A stretch of 64,000 bases of DNA from Neoechinorhynchus agilis (GCA_051530055.1 CM121342.1:11919480-11983479), one strand, 5' to 3'; counted from the first letter of the stretch, positions 26,389 through 39,870 are shown. Translations and numbers: made by a program. The notes: generated from the letters alone by a model not told the origin.

Positions 26389-27894
26389 ACCTAGACCCGA
26401 GTGTCACTTCAATGATTTATTCATCTTTGGCATAAGGACAGATAAAAATCGTTTGCATTTTTTATGTATGTGATTGCCAAACGGGTTGAAATTTTCGCAA
26501 AAATAATAAATATTCAGCGCAAAATTCAAGGATTTCATTAAGAGCCGTGTAGTGTCATTTTTTAACTTTAATTGTGTGCGTACCTATCAAAGAAAATGCT
26601 CTTTTGTGCATTATGTAGAAACCTAAGCGACTTCGGATTTTTACATTTAGTTCCTTAAATCCATTTCTAGCTTCTTATTTCGATGTCCTATCATCCCCGC
26701 TTGATAAAAGTTTTTAAGACAAACTATCATCGCCATCACCCATTTGTGTATCTATAATGCGATCAATAAAATTCTAGAAATTATTAGGGCAATATTGAAG
26801 ACGTAAAGCGGAGTGTTCATACGGTAAAATCTCCAAGAGTGTGCATATCGACTTTTTTTCTACGATGAATTCTTAACACTTGGAAAAATGTTGGACATGG
26901 AAACTCAAGATGCAACCGCGACACTCAAGTGCTCTAAATGTCCCTATGGATAAAAGTCACATTAGTCGCGAAGTATTTCTCTGCCTAAAGGCGTTGGTGG
27001 CTTTTATTGATTAATACTCTTCCGCTTATTGCCCATTTGGCGGAAAGAAGTGAGATAAATAGCTTACTGGATTGGACAAAGCTCAATGATATCATCGTTT
27101 TGTTGCATCATTCTCGTTGATAAAACATTGCGAGTGATCAGTGAGTTATCTGAAGTTTTAATGTTAAATTCTGACCACCTTTCAGTGATTTAACCATTAA
27201 GAGAAAATTCTTCGGGATGATAAAGTTGGAGTTGTTGTGATCCCCTCGATAATCCATATTTTATTGAGATATTCCGCAGAGTTGAACATTTATTGGCCAA
27301 GCAAACGGTTGTTGAACTAAACTTCAAGCTTTTTAAAATGTTTATTGAGATATTTGGCGAGAGGTTGAACATTTGTTGGTTCGGTAAACGATTGTTGGAC
27401 TAAACTTCAAGCTTTTTAAAATTACTGATCTTCATTCCCTTAATTTCGTTTTCAGTAATGTTCTTATATGTGAATCACATCCACCTGAGACGATTCAGAA
27501 GGTCTCTTTTGAGTAAAAATCGTGGTAAGCTTGTTATTTTCAAAGCGATTTCACGGATTTAATCATTTATTCTTATTAACCATCTTTAAATATCGGAATG
27601 ATTTCTTTGCCATCGAAGTTTTAAAGCCATACTTGAAAGTATGTGTATCAAGGTCAAGACTTTCTATTGATGACTTGCAAAAGAGCAAAGATCACCCGTG
27701 AACTTCATTTTTTAGGTTGTGCATTTGCCTACCACTTTACGGTGATAATCTTCAAGAAACTTTATCTGTTCAGATTGTTTTCAATGGTGGTCATGCCTCT
27801 AACGGCTCTACTCTTGGAATCCTCAAGATTTAAATGACCACAAAGCTTTGTGTTATCGTTGTAAAGTAGTTATTCATGGATATTTTTTATGATA

Positions 27895-28235
27895 TAGAGA
27901 TTAGCTTACTTTTTATTTGTCGATAGGAGAGATAAATGAAATTAAGAATTTTATTGATTTTATATTTCAATCCACTATCTCGGATCTTCTTGAGTTAAAG
28001 TGGTAAGATCACTTCTCGCCGAAATTGCTAATGCACATCAATAGTAAGCTAATCAGTTGAAAAAAACTTGCAAGCAATCGCTGAAGAAGATCCGAGATAT
28101 CAAATCAATAAATTCTCAATTTCATTTATCTCTCCTATCGACAAATAACAATGAATTATCTTTTCAAAACGATTAGCTTACTATTGATGTGCATTAGCAA
28201 TTTCGGCGAGAAGTGATGTTACCGCTTTAACTCGG
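27895..28235. repeat. Interleaved inverted repeats; one unit recurs at 30370-30475
   Basis: 27915-27992 is the reverse complement of about 28080-28150; 27992-28056 is the reverse complement of about 28170-28235. Confidence 0.75.
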
Positions 28236-28252
28236 ATGAAACGTTAAGAGTT

Positions 28253-28428
28253 CGTGCATCTCTCCGGATCCTCAGATGCATCCAGGAGGCGGGACTCAAC
28301 CGTGAGTTTCCTCCCTTCGGCGGTATTTCGCCCCCTTTGGTTGCGCATCATTCGCGATTGTGGATTCGAACCCTTGACCCTGGAACGGGGATCCGGGGGC
28401 GAATCTACTGGACCACCTCCGCACATCT
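28253..28428 (-). mobile_element. tRNA-derived SINE, diverged copy
   Basis: A-box-like ggtggtccagtag and B-box ggttcgaatcc; body similar to the copies at 53039-53604. Confidence 0.7.
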
Positions 28429-28948
28429 ACGAAATGTACAAACCCAGCTGACGAAATCGGTTTGCTCAACCTCATGTCTTTATTTGCTTTCACGATATAG
28501 AGATTAATTTACTAATTCCCTTTCACAATATTTCGTCCGTCTCGTCGGCCTAAGAAAACTTACAGGAAACCTTTGTATTATCTTAAAATTGTAATAACTT
28601 ACAGACAATTCTAAAGAAGGCCCACGAAGAATACGAAATATTAATAAAATTAAATTACTTCTCTTCTCTTCGCCTTGACCAAAACAATCTATGAATATTT
28701 TTATTTAGCGTATGCATGACTCAGCCGATCGCATTTATCAGCATAAATAAAGTTCCCAAATTCAGTCATGTTTAATAACTTAATTTATAGCGTGAATCGC
28801 TGCTTTATTTTCCAGGCGTATGTCTTAATTTCAATTTTAATTTGGCATAGATACGACCCAGATATAGTTGTTAATCTATGAATAACATCTTTACAATATC
28901 GCAAAATTTACGTTTTTAGACAGAACGAGAAACATTAAACATTTTTAT

Positions 28949-29882
28949 ATGACAACGAGAAAAATGTCGCGGAAGCTTTCAGAATCGAGTTTTACAGATC
29001 ACTCCAATAAGAAACGTTCAAAGCAATCGTTGGAATCTCCCATGTCTGTTGTTTCATGGAACGTAAACGGTTTACGAGCGTGGGCTACTAAGAAAACTAC
29101 AATCGAATGGATTGTGAGGCAAAGTAACGCCGACATTGTGTGCCTTCAAGAAACGAAATTCAACTCAGAGAAAAAATCTCTTAGGGATCATCTTCAACAA
29201 AATACGCCAGAACTTTTGACCTTATATCCTTTTATATACTCATTGGAGAGTCAGACAAAGAAAGGATATTCTGGAATCGCAATTTTAAAAATGAACAATA
29301 TGAGCAACCTTTTGCACGTATATTTCATCGGTAAGCAAATTAAAGCCGCTTGAACAAATGGAGGGCTTAAAGGATGATCTTGAAGGTCGTCTTATTACAC
29401 TCAAGTACGAAAATCTTATTTTGGTGTGTACGTATGTTCCAAATGCTGGTATGGGCTTAAAGCGGTTATCCCATCGACAGCAATGGAACATTGATTTCGA
29501 AAGTTATTTAAAAGACCTAAGAACCAAGACATCTAACTTGATTGTATGTGGAGATTTAAATGTAGCTCATAATGAAATCGATTTGGCCCACCCTAAAACA
29601 AACACTCGAACTGCTGGATTTACTGACGAAGAGAGAGCGGACTTTAGCCGACTGCTCAACGAATGTGTGCTTATTGATTCATTTAGAAAATTATATCCGG
29701 ACAAAGAAGGTGCGTATACGTTTTGGAGCTATAAACGCAATGCTAGAGCATCGAATTCGGGTTGGAGACTTGATTACTTCCTTGTTTCATCGATGGATCA
29801 CGTTAACGATTGTATAATTCATTCTGAAGTGAAAGGAAGTGACCATTGTCCTATTGAACTAAATCTAAGGAATTCCAAATGA
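28949..29882 (+). CDS. APEX1: AP endonuclease, ExoIII/APE1 family
   Basis: SWNVNGLRA, CLQETK, GYSGIA, YVPNAG, CGDLNVAH, GWRLDYF, SDHCPI; exons 28949-29287 and 29334-29882. Confidence 0.92.
29286..29333 (+). other. TA-bounded non-canonical intron-like insert in APEX1 (46 nt)
   Basis: attt TA aaa atgaacaatat ... atatttcat cgg TA agcaaa; excision gives GIAILSKLKPLEQMEG. Confidence 0.85.
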
Positions 29883-31443
29883 TGGCTAGGACTACGAAGC
29901 AAATGTACTTTTTTGTGTATTGAGTGGAGATTGCGATCTAAATTAGATCTCGATTCAGTTATGCGATCAAAAATGCTGATAGAATGTCGAGCAAAGAATT
30001 TCTTACTACATTTTAAAGTGCTGTGCAATCTCTATTCATCTCTGTTCTAAGCAACAAAAAAGTTATTAAAAGTATCTTTTTATATCATCAATTTTTTAAA
30101 TGTCATATAAGGTAATTGGAAAGCGCAGTAAATCACCGCCTTCCCTAGTGTTTCCTGTAGAACGATTGATTCCTTCACTCGGAAGCTATAAATGATCCTT
30201 AATGTATTTAACAGTTCTAGTAAAAATCGCAAATATTATTTTAGCACAAAATTAGAAATCTAAGTCTTTCATATTGACGACCGTGCTGGAGTGCCAAATC
30301 GTCGGAGAATAATTGAATAAGTGTTGAAAAGATAATTCATTGTTATATGTCGACGACGTTAACGTCATGAACACTTGCAAACAATCGCTGAAGAAGATCC
30401 GAGATGGTGGATCGAAATATCAAATCAATAAATTCTTAATTTCATTTATCTCTCCTATCGACAAATAATAATTGAATGAGTGTTGACACTTTGATCCACA
30501 ACTCTTCTAAAACGTATTTCAACTTTTGTTCGGTCAAGTTAAGGCCTATATTTTAAGGGAAAAGACGGGTTTGAATTTTAAGCGTAAATCTCTATATGAC
30601 ATAACATTTCGTTCATGATTATATCACATAGAACAATGACGCTGGGCATGCGCCTTTTTAGATGTGAGGCTTCTTACCTGGGTGAGAACCGACAGTGAAT
30701 TGGATGAATTTGATTGTTCAGCACAGAATCACGAAAATGCCTACATTTTCAGGGGGTTAAAATACGTGTTTTGCGTTGAAGAAAGTGCCGTTATCAAAGT
30801 CTAAAATGTATGGTTCATACCGAAATATCGGACCTCACAACATTACTTCACTTTTCTGCAATATAAAAAACATGAATAATTCAAATTTCAAATTAGACGA
30901 ATCACTGGCGATCAGAGATCAGGAGAATTCCTCCCACAAAACATAAGTCTGCTTGTGCAACAGGGGAACGCTGCATCCGCCTTTTCGACTGTTACACCAA
31001 AACGGCAGCTGAGTGATCCAGAGCGGTGGTGTGAATGTTGGAAGGATTTGATCAAAAAAATTGTATTTAAAACAAGATTAATGTAAAAATAAAAATATTG
31101 CATCATTTTCAAACAGAAAGTACAGTCTTTTTCATGGCTAGAATGCTACAAATGGCATCATTTGCGAACTTTGAGATGATTTTGTGTTGTTTTATCTTTT
31201 TGTTGTTGCCATGCACCCTGATAAACTTGTCATGTTTTTAATATTTGCAAGATTACGGTTTATAACAGAAATAGCTGACGAGCGAATAGAAAGCGTGACT
31301 TAAAGCTATTTAAGAATTTGGCTTTTCAAATTTGAACACGAACAACATTTATAGTAAACTTTACCATGTGATACAGTGACGCTTATACTTAAATCACAAT
31401 ATACAACGATATAGCGATTAGGTTCTCTCCCATGCAGATTTAA

Positions 31444-32327
31444 TCACAATATGCAGCATCGTCCTCCAAAGCTCTTTGGCCTTTGCCTCTTTTTCTCTGC
31501 TTTTGTTCGATGAGGTGAGTTATTAGGCCAAAGTACCGCTCTTACGGCATGTTCAAATACCTGCCCGAGTCCATTTTGAGTAAGTGCGCTACACTCACAG
31601 TATGAATAGGCACCAATCATCCGAGCGATCCGGATGCCTTCGGACTTCGACCGCTTTTTAGACGTTTCCACCAAATCCAGCTTCGTTCCGCAAAGTATTA
31701 TTGGTGTATATCGCGAAGCTGCTCAGAATGGCCAAGATAGCAAGATCTCGCAAATAATTTTGATATCGTTTTGAAACTAAATTTATTTTTCTCAATTTAT
31801 TTGAAGAAAATTGGTTTTTTGTTTTGCAACTTCGACCGCGAAAAACTTTCTTAGAAAGGAAATATGGCGGGGGATTCAACTTAGACAATTTTTAATCCAT
31901 CTCCGCTAAACTTCAACCCTAAACAGCTCCACAATGTATTGGGGCAATAATGTCTTAGTTCAGGTATCCACTTGCTTTGTACATTTTGTAGAGACAATGC
32001 ACTGACAAGACTGAAGCAAACAATAAAGACGTCCGTTTGTGGATATGAGAGAGGTCTTAGTCTATCGTAGTCTTCTTGTCCCGCTGTATCCCACAATCCA
32101 AGAGCAATTTTAACACCATCCACATTGAGCACGCGAGTATAGTTGTCGAAAACCGTTGGAACATATTCACCACTCGGGAAAGTATCAGTTGTATAGGAGA
32201 TGAGCATGCAAGTTTTCCCTACAGTCCCATCACCGACAACCACAACCTTAATGGGATAAGCTTTTTGATGATTGGTCATTAGGGACAGTTGTGAAACGGG
32301 CGCTAGTGCTGTAGCCGATTTATACAT
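31444..32327 (-). CDS. Rac-family GTPase, MIG-2/Mtl-like
   Basis: [18 protein letters not shown]...[23 protein letters not shown]...[14 protein letters not shown]...ECSALTQ...RCCIL CAAX; exons 32327-31937 and 31706-31444. Confidence 0.9.
31707..31938 (-). other. TA-bounded non-canonical intron-like insert in the Rac/Mtl gene (230 nt)
   Basis: Sense: cccaa TA ca ttgtggagctg ... cagcttcgcga ta TA caccaata; excision gives [17 protein letters not shown]. Confidence 0.92.
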
Positions 32328-34342
32328 TTCAGACTTGCTCGACTGCAGAAATCCTCGCGTCTACTAGCACCACAACGCTATATATCACCAGCAATACCAG
32401 TGCATTTGTATGCGGCTGTGTGTGTGGACGAAGTTGCGTAACTAGTCGGCACATTTAGGCTGGGTGAAGAAGGCAGAAGTGCCGGGCAAGAGTTCTCGTA
32501 CGTTGGACAAGTGAAGAGTTTGCGTACATTGAGAAAAGACATTCGAAACAATCATTGATAAGAGTTCCTTGTACTTAGTATTCTGACAGGACAAAAGAAG
32601 GTTTTTCTATGCCATTGTCATCGAGTACTCCTATCAGAGAAAGGGATGATTCTCGAAGTTGTTGAATTTTCAGACGTTGCAAAAAAAATTCATTTAAAAT
32701 AATCGCAAAAGGAAAACACTTAAAATTTTAAATTTTGACATTTAATGTCTATTTACGCATCAAATACATCGTTTAGCTTTTTGCGAAAGGATCCTTCATA
32801 ATCTAAAGATTTGAAATAAACACAATTTCAGTTCAAAAATATATTAAAATTTTTATTGCATCAATTCATACGTCCCATGGAAAGCTGAAAACTGGTTCTT
32901 TGTTTTCTAGAACTCTCTGAACAAAGTCTGATTTTTCAAGGTTTTAAAAGCGTACAATTTTAAAGCATGAACGCAGCTGAAAGTTTTTAGTTTACATGTG
33001 TTTGGAAAATTTAACCATTTTTGAATCGTATACTCTTTTTCCTTCAATAGTGTACATTTGATCGGCCTTAAAATTTAACGAACTGTATCCTCAATGAAAA
33101 CTTTTATACCATGTCATGGTCCCTGGAAATTTCATCTGAGCGGAGCGTTCAGATAATATCATTTTAAGTATGAAAAACTCGTCAATTTCGCTCTTCGCGT
33201 TACTGCATTAAATACACGAGATTTCGTTTTTGGTAAACTCCCAAAAGATTAGCAAAGTTTTGTTTTACAATTTTTGCATATAATATTCTCAAGGAGCACT
33301 ATTGCGATAGTTCAAATTTGGCCATTAGCGACTTCTTAACCATTTGCAGATTAAACTTGAATACATTGCATTAGAGTTCGTGTTATGAATCACATATTAA
33401 AACTGGCATTTGTTATTTTCAAGTTCAATTAACGTTTGCACTTTAAATTAGATAACAGCAACGATCTGCATTTGTTATTCGGCGAATAGTATTTGAAGAT
33501 CATTTAAAATTACCAAGTGAAAACTCATTGTTTGGTTACCCAATCAACAAAATAAAAATTTGTTTTACAAGCGATGTTTTTGTGAGTAAAAAATGTAAAA
33601 TATCAGCAATATAATAAAACGATTCACCGCTTCAGAATATTAGTCGTCTAACTCCCCAGGGTTTACACAGATTCAATAGTGCACCCTTCTGCTTGATTAA
33701 AAAAATTAGCGGCTCTTTGATGAAAAAATATTGACAAATTTGTGAAGAAATTCGACACCTTTGGGAAAGAAAAGTACTCAGATATTCTTACTTTTAACAA
33801 AAGGTGATAAAAAAATCAGAGAAGCGACGTGTAAGTATATTCAGAATACTGACGCTATTGACTAAGTTGTCAGCAATTGATTTGAGAGGTATTCATGCTA
33901 CTAAGATTCTGTTTTTTTGTTTCTAGTGGAAACATTAAATTTTTTTATATTGATTATGATAATTCGGCACAATCTTGTGCCTTTATCAAGGTTGTAAGTG
34001 TTACATTAGAAAAATCAATCGAAAAGATTCCGCTGGCTAACAAATTTCATAGCGAAAAATATCCACTTATAGTTATATAATAACTTCGATTAGCCTTCGG
34101 CAAAACGAATTGTATACAGTAGGAACCTTTCGTTCTTATTGTTCCACATTAATTAGTTTTTGAAGGTACTTAATCATGACGGCACCATTGATCTCTACGT
34201 GCCGTCATACTATCTGTACTCTGATTGGCTACAACTGCACACCATGCTATCATATTTACCTGGGACGTTAAGTCGGCAGAACATACCTTAGATTTCTAGC
34301 CCAGAGACAAACACCGAGATACCCTACGTTACCTTTGGAACT

Positions 34343-35089
34343 ATGGAACCCATTTTGATATCACGTTCACCTTCCAACATAAATTCGATGAAGCCAGGTC
34401 GTAAGTCTCTACTAGTAACCTTAACTGAATTGCGAACAAGCCGTTTTCGCTCAAGCTCACAAAGTCAATCTCTGCGAACCGAAAATATTGAACTTCCCCT
34501 GGATTCTACAAATGATCATCTTTTACCAACAGCAATGTATTTACCGATAGTACCTTCTCCAAATCGAATGAAGAGAATGCTTTATCCAGATAAATACAAT
34601 CAAATTAGTTCGGTAAAGGCGAAAAAGAGAAGGCGAATTGAATTTAATCGCGAGCCGTATGAGCTGCGACCTCGAAAAAGATTGAATTCTGAACTCTATG
34701 AGCAAGAAAACAAAGAAAACGAAAGTCCGAAAATCAAGACGCGAAGGAGGAAAATATCAAAATTGCTGGGTTTAAACGATTCCAGCAATCATATAAAATC
34801 TTCGACAACCGAAAAAAGACCTCCAAAATCTGAACAAATGAACTATAAATTATTTGGTTCCTTGTATCTTGATCGCGAATACAAATGTTCAAAATGCGTT
34901 AAATGCCGACGAACTTCCTTGGAAGATATTCTCTATCAGAAAGGCCAATGTGGATTTGAATCGTGCGGATTTGAGTACTGCATTTTATGTCATGCGGTCT
35001 ACCATCCATGTCGTCCATGCTACGATACTGTTCTATCAAAAAAGTGTTCAAACAAACTTATTAAACGTGGGCAACTGAGGAGATGTTAA
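34343..35089 (+). CDS. Emi1/Emi2 (FBXO5/FBXO43)-like APC/C inhibitor, copy 1
   Basis: ZBR-like C..C...C....CGFEYCILCHAVYH...C and a basic LRR-type C-terminal tail (GQLRRC); no F-box recognised. Confidence 0.65.
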   Translation: MEPILISRSPSNINSMKPGRKSLLVTLTELRTSRFRSSSQSQSLRTENIELPLDSTNDHLLPTAMYLPIVPSPNRMKRMLYPDKYNQISSVKAKKRRRIEFNREPYELRPRKRLNSELYEQENKENESPKIKTRRRKISKLLGLNDSSNHIKSSTTEKRPPKSEQMNYKLFGSLYLDREYKCSKCVKCRRTSLEDILYQKGQCGFESCGFEYCILCHAVYHPCRPCYDTVLSKKCSNKLIKRGQLRRC

Positions 35090-36445
35090 TGATTTAAATT
35101 TATTTAACTTTAAATAAAATTCCTGTATTTTTATCAATCTTATAAGTGACCTTTTAATTTTGAATTATCTATTGCTGAAGTATCGCACCTATTTGTAATA
35201 TTTATTGCTTCGGCTCGCTTCTGTTTGAGCATCAAACTAAGCAATTAACCCTGTGCCATATGCTAACATTTGCTTCATTGCCGAAGACAATACCTATTTG
35301 AACTAACCTATTAGCTTTGCAGAAGATCATTTTTCTCTTCAATGACAAATCAATCGACTATCTGACAGTACGTAGAATTCACCTTTAGGCCCCGCTAATT
35401 GTTTTGTTGTATTAAACAGCCTCCCAGGAGGGTGAACATAGGGCCCATAAATTTATACCTGTCCGAGACAATATCTTTCGATGAGGTGATTTGAACAAAT
35501 GCGTTAATGACTGAACTCTTATCAAGATTTTCTGTATCGGTGCCGACAGAGTGATAGACGCACTGATTTCGTAGATAAAGATCGAACTTTTTCAGGCGTA
35601 AGTAATCGTAACTTTTTCGAAGGTAGAAATTCTACACCTATTCGGCAAATCATTTTTGCTCGAGCTATCCTTGTCGGCCCTTTAATCTCCAAATTAGTGA
35701 TGATTTTCAAGTGAAATACAACTCCGAAAGTGATGGTAGTATTTTACGAGCTTTTGAGTTTATGCAAAATTTTCGGTCTTTTATGAAAACCGAAACGGAA
35801 TTTATCTTGTTAATCTACCTATGCTTATTGGACAATTAAATATTCAAAGGTAGCAAAGTGTAGCGTTTTTGAATGAACGGATATTAAAATGGCCTGACGA
35901 TCGGTCACAATTGAGACAAAAATAACAGATTAAAAATATTCCCCACGTAGCTGTATACCTGTCTGAAATAACTTCATCTCTTATATTATAACCTCTCGGC
36001 GCTTTGATCCTTGACCTATAAATGATCTGCAGGTAATGCTATACAATGAAAACTAACGCGGAAATTATAACCACAGGTCCAATGTTTTATTATATTTAAA
36101 GCTACGATTTAAATATATTATTTTTAATTGTAACATGATTTTTGCCTTCACAAAAAGTATACTAAATTTCTTTCCTAATTAAGATCTGATGTAGGTAATG
36201 ATGCTCGCTGTTTGATTGTATAACACTTGAAACCTTCTAAGGTACCTCGAACGTTTTAATTATCTGCTTAGAGCCTTTTCAAATAATGCAATTTACTATT
36301 ATTAATCCTCAAACGGCAGTGCTTTGATCTGTACATTCTAATTTCTCGCACGCTGATTGGCTATAGTAATACGGCATTATCACACATTCTTTTATAGCGT
36401 TACAGCCCTATATTTTGAGAGAATCTTTTTTTAGAAGATACTTTT

Positions 36446-37189
36446 ATGCACTGTAGCTCTTTCAGAAACGATCAACACCAAAAAATGGTTTCACACAGAA
36501 CAAAATCATCAAGCTCTCTCCTGACTACAATCGTCGAATTGCAACTGCACAGAACTTCCAACGCTGCAAGAGAATTCAAGGAAAGAGTTGAACTTCCCCT
36601 GGATTCTACAAATGATCACCTTTTACCAACAGCAATGTATTTACCGATAGTACCTTCTCCAAATCGAATGAAGAGAATGCTTTATCCAGATAAATATAAT
36701 CAAATTAGTTCGGTAAAGGCGAAAAAGAGAAGGCGAATTGAATTTAATCGCGAGCCGTATGAGCTGCGACCTCGAAAAAGATTGAATTCTGAACTCTATG
36801 AGCAAGAAAACAAAGAAAACGAAAGTCCGAAAATCAAGACACGAAAGAGGAAAATATCAAAATTGCTGGGTTTAAACGATTCCAGCAATCATATAAAATC
36901 TTCGACAACCGAAAAAAGACCTCCAAAATCTGAACAAATGAACTATAAATTATTTGGTTCCTTGTATCTTGATCGCGAATACAAATGTTCAAAATGCGTT
37001 AAATGCCGACGAACTTCCTTGGAAGATATTCTCTATCAGAAAGGCCAATGTGGATTTGACTCGTGCGGATTTGAGTACTGCATTTTATGTCATGCGGCCT
37101 ACCATCCATGTCGTCCATGCTACGATACTGTTCTATCAAAAAAGTGTTCAAACAAGCTTATTAAACGTGGGCAACTGAGGAGATGTTAA
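36446..37189 (+). CDS. Emi1/Emi2-like, copy 2
   Basis: 36588-37188 nearly identical to 34488-35088; divergent N-terminus. Confidence 0.65.
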   Translation: MHCSSFRNDQHQKMVSHRTKSSSSLLTTIVELQLHRTSNAAREFKERVELPLDSTNDHLLPTAMYLPIVPSPNRMKRMLYPDKYNQISSVKAKKRRRIEFNREPYELRPRKRLNSELYEQENKENESPKIKTRKRKISKLLGLNDSSNHIKSSTTEKRPPKSEQMNYKLFGSLYLDREYKCSKCVKCRRTSLEDILYQKGQCGFDSCGFEYCILCHAAYHPCRPCYDTVLSKKCSNKLIKRGQLRRC

Positions 37190-38674
37190 ATATAATTTTA
37201 AATCAAAATGTTCTTATAAATAAATTTTTTATTAATCTTAGAGTGAATTATTATTCTGAAACCTACGCTATACTGTGCTCATATCCCCACGCCATCAATC
37301 AAAAACAAAATTTCGGTATTTTTATACGCTTTATCTACTTTTTAATGGTTTTTGCGATTGCAAATTGGTTCCCTGGAGAGAAATCGGTGAAGGGATCAGT
37401 TCATATCAAATCTCATTGTGTCGATAACGGCCTTCATTGGTAAGACTAACGACCTGTATCAAAAATTGTATTAATCAGATAATTTTTCTTATCAGATTCA
37501 CAAAAGGTGATCAATCGATTTTTCTAAAACTTAGGCTCTCTTCCGTTAAAAAACATTTGGCACTTGATTAAATTATTTGACCCACCTTTAAAGGCGGTTC
37601 ATTTGATCCCGAAACCTGTGATATTTTTGTAGTGATGTATATCACCTGGATCAACCGCGGAAACCTTTTTCTACAAATTATCTAATAAATTCTTACCTTT
37701 TGAAAGGTTGACGCTAATTTTTGAACATTACAGTAAATATGGCGAGAAAACGGTCGGTGCTTCAAAGGAGAATTGTTTATTAGGACAGATGCAAACCGAG
37801 AAAAATGAAGATTTGTTGAGGTTATTGCAATTTAGGTTCTTTTGATGTTGCGACGCCTAAAATCTCACTTTACTGAATGCAATACAGTGCTTCGACTTGG
37901 AAATATAAGCGGGAAATGATACAAAAGTGAAAAAAGCGAATTACATTTTTTTACTGTTTCAGTACTGTAACGCGCCTAAAATATTTATTATAACTGTAAT
38001 TTAAACCATAGGACTCGTCAAAAAAGCATTTAAATGTATTGAACTAGACTTAGATTATACGATTCGGTGTGTCAATATTAGAGTTAAATTTTAGTAGTAC
38101 ATATGAAAACTGTGAATTATGAAGGACTTAAAGAAATTAATTACAATCTATTCTTTGCTATGCATTTCAGGTGGCATAAATGTACAAACCCCTTTCTAAT
38201 TTTGAAACAATATCCGTGCGGTGGGAAAAGACGAGATTCGCACGACACTTTATTTTTAGGGCAATAAAAAACTATATGATGACGGACGCGATGAATATAC
38301 AACCGATTTTTAAGATAAACAGTTTTTTAGGCACACAGCCAACCGATATCTTGGATGAGTCCAGGTGATTGAATCTACACTTAATTATATTTAAAGCATT
38401 TAAGAGTTCGCATTTTTAACATAATATTCAAATTGGGCAAAGAATGCAATCGTAACATTAAATAGCCACTTTTTCGTACTGTGCTCAAATATCAAGTAAA
38501 CTCTCAAGTCAAATCACTGAAATGACCGAAAGTGGTTGCTGCGAAACTCAACTGAAATTACACATTAGCATTTTTATCAAAGAAAAACAATGGTTATCTC
38601 TCGGCACGAATCCAAAACAAAAATAAATGTCCATTCTGCGTTCGATAGCACGTTAAGTATTTGTACAAATAAAA

Positions 38675-39012
38675 TCACAATATTTTCTGAATGACAAATT
38701 TTGAAAAAAATAGTTATATTTACTCAGTTAGAATCTTCTACTTTTGCCTTTAATAAAAAAAATCGTCAACTGAACTTTATCAATGCTTTCCACGATACGT
38801 TGTTATTGTTCACTAAATTTTTGAATTCCATTACGTTAATAGAAATCAGTTTGTAGCTAATGTTTCTTAAATAAATAATGACAGCATTTTGTGGAAGGCA
38901 TTGATCAAATTCAGTTGGTGATTTCTTTATTAAAGGCAAAGGCAGAAGGTTCTAACTTAGTAATTACAACTCAATAATTTTTGCAAGTTTTATCATTCAG
39001 CAAATATTGTGA
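38675..39012. repeat. Foldback / MITE-like inverted repeat
   Basis: About 120-bp imperfect arms (38675-38795 versus 38890-39012) around a spacer of about 95 bp. Confidence 0.7.
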
Positions 39013-39870
39013 AGTGAGAGGCGCATACCCGTATTAATGAGCGATGAGTTTTGCGCATTCTTGTCGGCGGTAGTCGTAGAAAATTGCTCGATTAATACAA
39101 AGAATTAGCTTAGGGCCTTCGTTTCATCGATGATGAATTATTTACTACAATCAACAATTTGATTAAAGGAGCTGCGTTCAAAGATCTAAATTTTTGTATT
39201 TGCACTAAGAAAGCAAAACCATAAGCTCCATGGAGGTGTGGTAAACGAAATTCCCTGCACCGAATGTAGAAAATCCTATATAGGCCAAACAAACAATTTG
39301 GAAAGAACTAAATAACAGAAATATGCTCTTAGGAGAGGGCCACGTCATGGATATCAACAATGTCACCATTTTGGCACGCAGGGAATCCGAATGGGATCGC
39401 GCGTTATAATGGAGGCCATATTTATTTGCCAGGTTGGAATGGAATAAGGCGGATTTTAAACTAAATCTGAGTACAATGTGAGTGTATCCTTCCCCTACTT
39501 GTGTATTTTAGACCTTGATAAAGATACAAGATTGTGCCGAAATATCTTATTTAATAAAACGCCTTCAATTTTCAGCCCGAAGCAAGTATTAATAGTTCAA
39601 TGTTCAAACATTTCGACTGGCGTAAATTGATAAATCTGTTCATTTAATATTAGAATTCGAGTACGTATGACATTTTAAAAGATTCAACAAAAAAGGAGAA
39701 AAGAAATTTACGAGGCGATCAACACTAATAAAAGGCAGGTACTCGCTCAACGATACAAAATCATACGAGCAACTAACAAAGTAAAAGGTGTTTTAAATCT
39801 CTTTATTTTATACACGTTCAAAATACAAGAGGAGTGTCGCGATAGATTACATGCGGCTTCGCTGAGATGT

